Assembly: GCA_947625775.1 (NCBI GenBank)
Contig: CANQPM010000016.1
Location: forward strand, 5,963 to 69,962
DNA: 64,000 nucleotides
Origin: an uncultured Lachnospiraceae bacterium
GTDB taxonomy: Bacteria > Bacillota > Clostridia > Lachnospirales > Lachnospiraceae
Reading direction: 5' to 3'
The notes beneath the pieces were generated by a model. That model saw only the letters and a list, made by a program, of their open reading frames with translations. It had not been told where the DNA came from and did no database searches. The position numbers and the translations under genes are program-made. This document shows, piece after piece, positions 38,740-47,078 of this stretch. Position 1 is the first letter of the stretch; each line of letters opens with the position of its first letter.

Positions 38740-40893
38740 CTACATGTTTGCTTTCATTTTTTTTAATATTTGCGCAAATTCGCGGTATTCATTGATATAT
38801 TTTTCTTTTTCTTTAACTTGTTCTTGCAGTTTTTCTAATTCTCCGCAAAATTCTTTTTCTATCTGATCAGCAAAATGTAATGCTTGTTGTTTAAGCGTCT
38901 CTGTAATGCCTTCTAAGGAAGAAAGTAATTGTTCTGCAATATCATCCTCGATCTTATCTAGCAATTTACTCTGTAAATTAGTAAGCTTATGTATATCTTC
39001 GTTTTTGGCATAACCACTCTTAAACCTGGTTTCAATTTCATCTATATATGGTGTATGGTCGACAGAAATATGAGGAACCGATATTTTATCTAATACATTT
39101 TGTAGTGGTAATAAAATATCATTTTCGTCAAATTCTTTTTGACTTTGGGTAAATGCATTCAATACAATCTCCTTAATATCTCGCACAAATTTTTCCTTAT
39201 TAAAAATATTTTCAAACTCATCATTAACATAAGCAAGGCATTTCGCTGAATACATTTCTATGTTTTTAATTACAGAAGAAGTATCCGCAATATTCTCAGT
39301 AACAACAATATGTACAATTTCCCTTTTCAAACCAAAAAATCCCGTATGTTTAGTTTTATCTTCATCGTGTGACGCTGTTCTTACTGCAAAATTCTCGTGC
39401 TGTTTCATTTCAATTATCAACTGTGGCAATATCTGCTGCACTTTTTTATCACACTGTATTGCTGCGTTATCAAAAATATTCTTTAATTTATCTCTGGAAG
39501 AATCAATAATATCCATAATATCGTTGGATCTCTGTTTTAGTTCTTCTGCAGAAGTTGTTTCAAGTTTCATTCTACTTGATACAGTTTCCTGCAATATTTT
39601 CTCTAAAATACTTAGATGATTATCTCTCGCAGTATTCAGTAAATCAGTATTCTTACCTTCGATAATCTCTATCTTTTTGTCCAACACTTCATTTAATGCT
39701 ATTTTTACCTTATTAATTCCTCCTAATGAAGCTAAATAATCATCTTTAAAATCATGAAATCTTCCATGAAGATTCTCATAAACTTTTCTTTCATTCTCAT
39801 CCAAAGGAATATTGCCTTTGCTTTTTTTATCAATTGAAAAACATGTAGACGAAGCAAACAAAACAGTTTTTGGGTTCATTTTTTTTAATATTTCTATATG
39901 TTTGCTGCTGCTTTTAGCCTGCTCAAGATTCGTTCTGAACTGTGACTTATAACTATCTAATGCCTTTTTATATGCCACACCGAAATTTTCATCATTTTCA
40001 TTAAGAATACCAGAGTCAAGTTTGCTTCCGACAACAAGGATATTTTGAACCCCGGCGCTAGGGAGGCTGCTAGCCATAAGTTTTACAGTGTTTGAATCCA
40101 TAAATTGGCTACACGGTGATAACAGGAGCACTACATCACAAGAACGTAAAAATTGTTTCGTTATAATTCCTCGTGATACAATAGGATCATTTAACCCTGG
40201 CGTGTCAACAATTTCAAAATCCTTCACATAGGGATTATCTACTTGTAATTCCACATAACTAACAATAGGCGTATAATGCCCATTGGCTCCCACATAATCA
40301 TTGAGTTTTTGTATAATGTTTCCTTCGATTTCATCAGTAGAATCAAGTTTTTCTAACAAAGTTGGATCCTTAGCCATGCTTGTTAGTTCTTTAGCTCCTC
40401 GCTGATTCTCTGATTTACATATAAAGTGTGTTGCATACTCCTGTCTGCTCATTGGAGGAGTAATTCTTTGATTTTGACAATACTCAGCATACTCTTTATC
40501 TAAGGCTTCATCATATAAAGCCGAATGTTTTTTGATTGTTTCCCAATCTTCAGTTGTATAAAAATGTATGATTGCTTTTGGCGTTTCGGAATATGTAATT
40601 TTAGTCAATGCCGCTGTCATCGGCGTAGCTGCCTTTGGTAAATAGTCTTCTCCATCAAAAATACATGCATTAAGGAATGATGATTTACCCGCTTTTACTG
40701 CACCTACTATTCCTATACTAAGCTTTCTTGAATCATTCTTCGCGGCTTCAATATCACGCTTGAGCGCAGAAGTAACCTGTTTGAATTCAATTAATTTTTC
40801 TGAATCGAATAATTCTTCATGGCTCTCTAATGTTGTCTTAACCTTTTCGGCAAAATCAAAATATTCGTTTGCTTTTTCATAATCAATTGCCAT
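38740..40893 (-). CDS. dynamin-family GTPase, 717 aa (operon gene B)
   Basis: G1 GIVGAVKAGKSSFLN, G3 IVDTPGLNDP, G4 VVGSKLD, then a long helical stalk-like C-terminal region. The start overlaps the stop of gene A by 11 nt. Confidence 0.8.
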   Translation of the reverse strand: MAIDYEKANEYFDFAEKVKTTLESHEELFDSEKLIEFKQVTSALKRDIEAAKNDSRKLSIGIVGAVKAGKSSFLNACIFDGEDYLPKAATPMTAALTKITYSETPKAIIHFYTTEDWETIKKHSALYDEALDKEYAEYCQNQRITPPMSRQEYATHFICKSENQRGAKELTSMAKDPTLLEKLDSTDEIEGNIIQKLNDYVGANGHYTPIVSYVELQVDNPYVKDFEIVDTPGLNDPIVSRGIITKQFLRSCDVVLLLSPCSQFMDSNTVKLMASSLPSAGVQNILVVGSKLDSGILNENDENFGVAYKKALDSYKSQFRTNLEQAKSSSKHIEILKKMNPKTVLFASSTCFSIDKKSKGNIPLDENERKVYENLHGRFHDFKDDYLASLGGINKVKIALNEVLDKKIEIIEGKNTDLLNTARDNHLSILEKILQETVSSRMKLETTSAEELKQRSNDIMDIIDSSRDKLKNIFDNAAIQCDKKVQQILPQLIIEMKQHENFAVRTASHDEDKTKHTGFFGLKREIVHIVVTENIADTSSVIKNIEMYSAKCLAYVNDEFENIFNKEKFVRDIKEIVLNAFTQSQKEFDENDILLPLQNVLDKISVPHISVDHTPYIDEIETRFKSGYAKNEDIHKLTNLQSKLLDKIEDDIAEQLLSSLEGITETLKQQALHFADQIEKEFCGELEKLQEQVKEKEKYINEYREFAQILKKMKANM

Positions 40894-42583
40894 TTTTTAT
40901 CCTCCCCAATTCATCAATCATGTGCTTGACAACAGTTATATCATCTACGATATTCCTTTTATACTGCTCAAATTCTTGAATTTTCTTCTCTTTTTTATTT
41001 TGCGCATCAGCAATATTTGTCTTAATACTTTCAAGCTTGTCCGCAAGTAGCTTTTCATATTCATCAAGTACCATTTTTGTTGTTGCTTCAACGTTTTGTC
41101 TTATTTGTGGATACATTTTATTCATTATCTGTGGCACCACATTATTAACAAATCTATGTTTGGTTGCTTCAGCATCACTTTCACCAAACATTTTTTGCAA
41201 AAGATTTATTACATCTGGCAAGAGAATAATCGCAATTTCAAGCCATGGCGCAATAATATCTGTTGCAATGGCTGCAATTCCGGCAATAACATGATAAAGT
41301 GTTGGATTCTTCTTATTCCTGTTATGTTTTTCCATACCTTTCGTTTCAAAAGTGCCTTCCACAATAATATCTTTAATATTATTAGCAATATTAACTGCAA
41401 CTGATGATAGATCCACTCCTTCGCTTCCATTCACTAAACCTGTAAAATCAAGAGAATCTGTAACACTGTCAATCTGTCTAATGCTTATATCCTTCATTGA
41501 GGCGAGCATGATAGGTCGAACAGTTTCAATAATAATTGCTTCTGCTGCAGCTTGATTTCCACTAAGAAGAGCCTCAACAACAGACTCTGCTCTTGCTATC
41601 AATGTACTTCTAACTCTATCTGTAACTTCTTGTACTGTATTGTCAAGTTCTTCCTTTGCCTCTTCTCTTTTTGTTTCAAAAGTATTTGTTAATTGTTCCT
41701 CAAGTCTTGAATAAACTGCAATATCTGCGTCTAAATCGAACGTATCTAAAAAAATCTTTTTCTGAACAACAGAGAGTATTTTTTCTGAACTATCTAATTC
41801 AGATTTTAACATTTTTACCATCACTTTATCAAAAGCAGCTTGTGCATTAAACGAAGATATTATGTCAATTAGCTTATTAGCTATATCTTCATCTCTTTTG
41901 GATACTGTGTAAACATTATAATTAAATCCATGCGTTTCTAAGGTATCTCTGGCAGATTTGGCTATACTCTCAGCGGTATTAGTAGTAATCTTATCGCACT
42001 TGTTGATTAATACAGCAATTTGAGTGCTGTAATTAGATATTTCCTGAATAAATTCCAATGTTGTTTCGTCAATACCGCCCTTTTCCTGATCAACAACAAC
42101 TAAATATGCGGATCCGATTCCTATATAGCTTGCCAACGCCTTAGCATGAGTTTCAATATTGGCATCAAATCCCGGTGTATCAACAATTGTAAAATCACTA
42201 ACCTTTTTCAAATTCTCCGAGCAAATTCTATATACTAAATGATCATATTCTTGTACGGAATATTCTTTTCCAAAGTCAATCACTGCTTTGTTTCCAGAGT
42301 TGTCATATGCAAAAGCCGATTCTGTTTCATCATATACTAGTTCCGTTGCTATTGCAGTTTGTGGCATCTGTGCTTCTTTTAGAAAATTAGGTCTGCCAAT
42401 CAACATATTGAGCAAAGAACTTTTACCTGCGTTAAAATGTCCAACAAGCATAAGCTTAATATCAAAATTATCTCGAAGGTTTTCTATTCTGTTCAATGAT
42501 TTTTCAAAATCAAACCCTTCATAATGAGAATATATTTCTTCAATTTCTTTAATCATTTTATCATAAGCGCTTTTGTTAACCAT
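40883..42583 (-). CDS. bacterial dynamin-like GTPase with hydrophobic membrane paddle, 566 aa (operon gene A)
   Basis: G1 VGHFNAGKSSLLN, G3 IVDTPGFD, G4 LINKCD. Hydrophobic segment LYHVIAGIAAIATDIIAPWLEIAIILLPDVINLL (aa 428-462). Coiled-coil C-terminus. Confidence 0.8.
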   Translation of the reverse strand: MVNKSAYDKMIKEIEEIYSHYEGFDFEKSLNRIENLRDNFDIKLMLVGHFNAGKSSLLNMLIGRPNFLKEAQMPQTAIATELVYDETESAFAYDNSGNKAVIDFGKEYSVQEYDHLVYRICSENLKKVSDFTIVDTPGFDANIETHAKALASYIGIGSAYLVVVDQEKGGIDETTLEFIQEISNYSTQIAVLINKCDKITTNTAESIAKSARDTLETHGFNYNVYTVSKRDEDIANKLIDIISSFNAQAAFDKVMVKMLKSELDSSEKILSVVQKKIFLDTFDLDADIAVYSRLEEQLTNTFETKREEAKEELDNTVQEVTDRVRSTLIARAESVVEALLSGNQAAAEAIIIETVRPIMLASMKDISIRQIDSVTDSLDFTGLVNGSEGVDLSSVAVNIANNIKDIIVEGTFETKGMEKHNRNKKNPTLYHVIAGIAAIATDIIAPWLEIAIILLPDVINLLQKMFGESDAEATKHRFVNNVVPQIMNKMYPQIRQNVEATTKMVLDEYEKLLADKLESIKTNIADAQNKKEKKIQEFEQYKRNIVDDITVVKHMIDELGRIKNGN

Positions 42584-42890
42584 TTCTTTTTCCTCCTTCT
42601 TGCTTGTGGTTCTTAAAAATCATTAAATGTTCTTTTATTCAACACAGTGTGTTAGATTTCTGACAATATCTGATTGCCTTCCAAGAATTTTCTGCAATTG
42701 ATGCTGGGAAATCCACATCAAGCCCACTGATAAACTCTTGTATTGCCAGTTTTCCAATGAAATGTTTTGATATAGTAGTAGGTATTGGCGGCTTTTAAAT
42801 GTATTTTGCTTTGTTGTGCATAATAAATCCCCCTATCTTTTCATAAATTGTTATTTTATATTATATTTTATCATATTTTGTTTTAAATTT

Positions 42891-43010
42891 GGTATGCTGG
42901 CAGCAGACTTTGCTAACTTTTTTCAAAACTACAGTTATATATTTAATAGAAAAAACAAAATTTAATAAAAATTTTATGAAATATGCCCAAAAGTCTGCTG
43001 GAAGCATACC
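42891..43010. promoter_or_regulatory. 21-nt inverted repeat pair in the divergent promoter region
   Basis: GGTATGCTGGCAGCAGACTTT (42891-42911) pairs with AAAGTCTGCTGGAAGCATACC (42990-43010), 19/21 complementary, flanking an AT-rich 78-nt spacer. Confidence 0.45.
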
Positions 43011-43129
43011 ACAAATCAATAAAATTAATGTAAAATAGATTAAAAAGATTTACTGAATATTCTGCTTTAAAAGCAATAAAGAATGAGATGCATTTTTAAA
43101 TCAATTTAGAATAGGGGAGGCGTTTGTTT

Positions 43130-43468
43130 ATGGGATTATTCGGACTCGGAAAATCACCAAAGAAACTAAAAAAAATACCGTCAGACTTGGTGCCATATAT
43201 TCAGATTGAAACAGAGGCAATCAAGAATTCAAATGACAAAATGATGATTTCATCATATTGTATAAGCAAGCTTGATATTGTGAACTGGTATATTGAGCTG
43301 TTGGAGAACGGCTCGGATAAGTATATTGTCCCGCACAGTAAGGCACAGCTCGAGACGATTCGCGATCAGCTAATGGAGTGCCACAAGCAGATTATGAGCG
43401 TTAAAATCAAAAATCAAAATGACCGCCCGCTAATGGATATCAAATATCCTAAAGGATATGAAGGGTAG
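43130..43468 (+). CDS. hypothetical protein
   Basis: ATG 43130 after a GGGGAGG RBS; 112 aa; no recognisable motif. Confidence 0.5.
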   Translation: MGLFGLGKSPKKLKKIPSDLVPYIQIETEAIKNSNDKMMISSYCISKLDIVNWYIELLENGSDKYIVPHSKAQLETIRDQLMECHKQIMSVKIKNQNDRPLMDIKYPKGYEG

Positions 43469-43508
43469 ACTGCGGGTAAGGAGAAAGAGGAAAGGAGCTT
43501 AGATACAT

Positions 43509-44126
43509 ATGGTTGCGAGTTCAGATGGAATTAATCACTGGGAATATTGGACAGAGCAGGAAATTATGGAGGAACGTACAGAGATTGAAGGCGTACTGCG
43601 CAAACATTGGAGCGATTCTGTTGTTATAACGGATGATATAAAAAGTGCAAAAGAATATATGAAAAAAGTGGCGGAAACAGAATTATGGCAGGGGGAGTTG
43701 GGAGCATATACTTTAAAAGTGGGATGTTATCTTGTTCGCATAGCCGAGCGCCTCTATTCAATTTACGAACCGGGTTATATTCCGGAGATGGAGCAGCCGA
43801 TAAGTCGGGAAGACACTGAAGCCATAAAAAAAGAACTGTCTGGACGTGGAAAATTTGGAATGCTTAAAAACGTTCGTTTTACAAGCGAATTATCGGCAAG
43901 ACATTGTGATGCGCCGAAAAATGATTTCACTATTATATGCCGTTCGGCTCATGCGAGAGATGATTATTGGTCTGAATCTCTTAAATATGTATGTGCGGCA
44001 AAAGAGAATAGTCACATTCCTGATGAGTATGCCTCGTTGATTGCTGTGCAGTGCTTTTCAGGCTCGTCTTGGGGTAGCAGGACATTTTTTAAATATGAGC
44101 CGACAGGAAGGGTAACGAAGCTTTAA
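43509..44126 (+). CDS. hypothetical protein
   Basis: 205-aa ORF following AGGAG; no recognisable motif. Confidence 0.5.
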   Translation: MVASSDGINHWEYWTEQEIMEERTEIEGVLRKHWSDSVVITDDIKSAKEYMKKVAETELWQGELGAYTLKVGCYLVRIAERLYSIYEPGYIPEMEQPISREDTEAIKKELSGRGKFGMLKNVRFTSELSARHCDAPKNDFTIICRSAHARDDYWSESLKYVCAAKENSHIPDEYASLIAVQCFSGSSWGSRTFFKYEPTGRVTKL

Positions 44127-44227
44127 GATGCATGACCTTGATTTAGGAGATGACAAGGCACGATTTATATAAGAATAGAAAAATTAACATAAATATATCA
44201 ATGACAAATACCTCAGGAGGCAGCCAT

Positions 44228-44392
44228 ATGAATAATATTACAAATCTACTAAAAAAACTCAAACCGCCCTGTTCCCAATGCCCCTACAAGCTTGGGCAGG
44301 TACATACAGTCGTAAACCCATGTCCCCAGTGTCGGCTCAACAATTACGCGGCTTACGAGCGTTTTCAGCAGATGATGGGAAAGAAAGCTTAG
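44228..44392 (+). CDS. small zinc-ribbon protein
   Basis: ATG 44228 after AGGAGG; 54 aa with CSQCP...CPQC (two CxxC pairs). Confidence 0.45.
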   Translation: MNNITNLLKKLKPPCSQCPYKLGQVHTVVNPCPQCRLNNYAAYERFQQMMGKKA

Positions 44393-44427
44393 AAATATTA
44401 GCCAGAGTAATAAGGAGGTAAATTACT

Positions 44428-44628
44428 ATGATAGAAAAGATCAATGAATATCGTAAGATGACAAATGAGGAGCTTGATGCTGAGCTCAAAAAAGGTCTGA
44501 AAGAAGTTGCAGATCTTCTTGATGAGGCATATAAGCATGATCCTGGATGTCAGGGAATTGAGATGTCAGCTCAGTCAAGAAACGAAGACGAACTTCTCCG
44601 TCTTGCTAAAGAGGAGGGATTATTATGA
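44428..44628 (+). CDS. small acidic helical hypothetical protein
   Basis: 66-aa ORF after an AAGGAGG RBS. Confidence 0.45.
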   Translation: MIEKINEYRKMTNEELDAELKKGLKEVADLLDEAYKHDPGCQGIEMSAQSRNEDELLRLAKEEGLL

Positions 44629-44808
44629 ATAACGCTTAATGCTGTTGACATTGATGATATTACGACAGGTCAAGAAGTATATCAGCTTCTAATGGAAGCA
44701 GAAGTTGAAGATATTGGATATCAAGCAGTAAAGAGAATGGCTGACAAAAGTTCAAATGATAAACATTATCAGGCAATTAAGGAAAGCAGTCACTTTTGGC
44801 TGGAGTGG

Positions 44809-44844
44809 GAAACAGGACAAGGCATTACAGCCCAGTCCTGTTTC
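44809..44844. terminator. bidirectional terminator hairpin
   Basis: GAAACAGGAC-16 nt loop-GTCCTGTTTC followed by TTGATTCTT. It lies between the small-ORF cassette (+) and the helicase gene (-). Confidence 0.55.
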
Positions 44845-44875
44845 TTGATTCTTAGCAGGAATATTCAAAGATTTT

Positions 44876-46801
44876 TCACAGCGAAAATATTAGCTTCGCA
44901 ATCATCGCTGCGACAGCTATTCCCGCGGGAATGGCAAGCTTTTTAATTGCTCTGATGATTTTTTTATTCACTGATTTTCTGCGTTTGCGCTTTTTACCCG
45001 TGTTTTTATTTGCGGCATTGTCCGCGCCTGTTTTTCTGCTCCTGCTGTTTTCAGACGTGCCTATCTTGGGCGCTGGGCCTTTCCTGCGCTGCAGCTCGTC
45101 TTCCTCTGTCTTTAGCTGCGGCTTTTTATATATTGCAAGCGCACTCTGCCACCGATTCCGAAGTTCATCGCGCTGTTCGGAGAGGGCAAGCGACTTTTCG
45201 TTTATTTCAGCGACTGTTTCCTCGGTATATTTACCGCTTAAAACGGGCGCGATGATGTCAAGCCGCTCTATGCCGCTTTCAATCGTGTTTTTGCTGTAGT
45301 GCAGACCTTGAAAATGCTCCATTCTGCGCTTTAGCAGCGTGAGATCCTCGCTTATCTCGTCAGTGTCGCCTGTGCCGACCGCGCTCTTTATGCCTTTGCG
45401 CGGGTTGAGGCAGACGAGGTGCCAGATATTGCTTGTCTTGTCTGGATTATCCTTGAATATGCGGATGGCGCGTCCGCGCATCTGGTTGCTTAGCATAAAC
45501 GAGCCGACAAAGCTTGCCAGTATCAGCGAATTAACGCATGGAGCGTCCCACCCTTCGCCGAGCAGCGATTTAGTTCCGATAAGCGCCTGCATATACCCCG
45601 CCGTGAAAATGTCCGTGACAGCTCCTGTCAAAAAATGAGCATTACCGACAGCCTTGACGCTCAGATACTCAGTTTCTGGAAGTGATCCCATAGCGGAAAA
45701 AGTGACCTTACCCTCATTGCCTATAGCATTCAAAAGCGCTTCCTTTGCGGCGGCGGGAATGACTACAAGCGTACCGCACAGTACGCCGAGCTTTAGCCCG
45801 TCAGCGTCAAAGGTGCGGCGCAGCTGTTCAAAAAACGGCAGTACGCCGAGCGCGTTTACATCCTGCGTTTCGTCGCCGACTGCGCACTCATAATCCCTTT
45901 TGATGTAGTCAGTGAGTATCAGCAGGCGGAGGTCTTTGCCCATCGCGGAGTATTCGTGTGCTACAATGCTGCGTATGCTGTTTGCCTTGCCGATTGAGTT
46001 TGCGAGAAGCTTTTTGGACTGCTCTGTATTGCTTTTTTTAAGCAGACGTTCTACTTCTGATTCTTCCTCGGCGGTAGGGTAGTTAAAATATATATAGTCC
46101 TGATGCGGGCAAAGGCTGCCCTCCTTTACAAGCTCGGGGACAGTGATTTCGACATCGATTTCGCCGCACATATTTGTGTAGCGTTTCCAGAGTGACGGCG
46201 TGGAATCATAAGGCGGCGTGGCGGTAAGTGCGATAACCTTTAAGCTGCCGACAGCGCTTTTCACTTCCTCAAGCGCCTTCCACCATTCAGTGCGCAGGTG
46301 ATGGCATTCGTCAAGGCACAGTACGCCAATCGCATTGTCCTTTAACATGGCAAAGATGTCAAAGTCGGAATAGTCCTCTTTATCGCTGGGGGAAACGCCG
46401 CTCACTATATCATCATTATCATCATCTGCTTCGGTATTGGGGGTATCTGCAGCTTTAAGGCGTTTGACTGCGCTGTGCAGCGACTGATACGTAACGATAG
46501 TGATAACGCGAGGCTCTTTCAAATCCTGCGATAAATAATCTCCTGCATTTAAGCCGTCGATAAGAAATGCCTCCGCAATCCTGTCAACCCACTGCTCCCG
46601 TATAGTGATGGACGGCGCAAGCACAAGGGCGGGCTGCCCTAAGCGTTTTATAAGCTCGATTCCGAGTGTAGTCTTTCCCGAACCTGGAGCCGCTACGATA
46701 TGCACGCGCCCATCGTCAAGGTATTTCATTGAATTTTCAATCACCCGCGCCTGATAATCACGCCAAGTGCCTTTGAAGCTTAAAATTCTGTCGTAGTTCA
46801 T
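44876..46801 (-). CDS. SF2 DEAD/DEAH-box (ResIII-type) helicase with basic linker and C-terminal transmembrane anchor
   Basis: Motif I AAPGSGKT, motif II LDECHH, motif III LTATPP, motif VI QMRGRAIR. The C-terminus is KKRKRRKSVNKKIIRAIKKLAIPAGIAVAAMIAKLIFSL. Confidence 0.8.
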   Translation of the reverse strand: MNYDRILSFKGTWRDYQARVIENSMKYLDDGRVHIVAAPGSGKTTLGIELIKRLGQPALVLAPSITIREQWVDRIAEAFLIDGLNAGDYLSQDLKEPRVITIVTYQSLHSAVKRLKAADTPNTEADDDNDDIVSGVSPSDKEDYSDFDIFAMLKDNAIGVLCLDECHHLRTEWWKALEEVKSAVGSLKVIALTATPPYDSTPSLWKRYTNMCGEIDVEITVPELVKEGSLCPHQDYIYFNYPTAEEESEVERLLKKSNTEQSKKLLANSIGKANSIRSIVAHEYSAMGKDLRLLILTDYIKRDYECAVGDETQDVNALGVLPFFEQLRRTFDADGLKLGVLCGTLVVIPAAAKEALLNAIGNEGKVTFSAMGSLPETEYLSVKAVGNAHFLTGAVTDIFTAGYMQALIGTKSLLGEGWDAPCVNSLILASFVGSFMLSNQMRGRAIRIFKDNPDKTSNIWHLVCLNPRKGIKSAVGTGDTDEISEDLTLLKRRMEHFQGLHYSKNTIESGIERLDIIAPVLSGKYTEETVAEINEKSLALSEQRDELRNRWQSALAIYKKPQLKTEEDELQRRKGPAPKIGTSENSRSRKTGADNAANKNTGKKRKRRKSVNKKIIRAIKKLAIPAGIAVAAMIAKLIFSL

Positions 46802-46958
46802 GTTTTCTCCTATCCTTATGCTTTAATTAAATTAAAAACTATTGCTATCATATCACAGATAATGGGAATATACAAGAACGGCAGAAACGCCAGTGCAGCC
46901 TGTTCTGGCTTGCGGCATTAAAGCGGATATGGTAAGATTATAGAGGCAGATTCAAATT

Positions 46959-47078
46959 GCGGCGCTTTAAAAGCATAAATAAGGAGGCAGATATAATGCT
47001 CAAAATATTCAACAATATGCAGCGCTTTAAAGGTATAAACAAGGAGGCAGATATAACGCTTAAAACATTTGATTATAA
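46959..47078 (+). repeat. 60-bp tandem duplication covering the RBS and start region of the HEAT-like gene
   Basis: Unit 1 (46959-47018) contains AAGGAGGCAGATATAATG. Unit 2 (47019-47078) contains AAGGAGGCAGATATAACG. Confidence 0.8.

Larger units (their letters stand above)
34560..44650. other. AT-rich accessory island (GTPase/Sel1-Hint operon plus divergent small-ORF cassette)
   Basis: Clear drop in GC by eye relative to both flanks. The left edge is a recombination junction inside an Rpn paralog. No integrase or phage structural genes are present. Confidence 0.6.

Noticed and set aside
34560-44650. The AT-rich island could be a prophage, an ICE or a transposon.
   Set aside because: There is no integrase, recombinase, capsid, tail, conjugation or replication gene, no flanking tRNA and no direct repeats. 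Only the Rpn remnant marks the left edge.
44692-44946. An 84-aa + strand ORF between the small-ORF cassette and the helicase.
   Set aside because: It reads straight through the terminator hairpin (44809-44844) and overlaps the 3' end of the helicase gene. No RBS is visible. At most it is a gene remnant at the right edge of the island.
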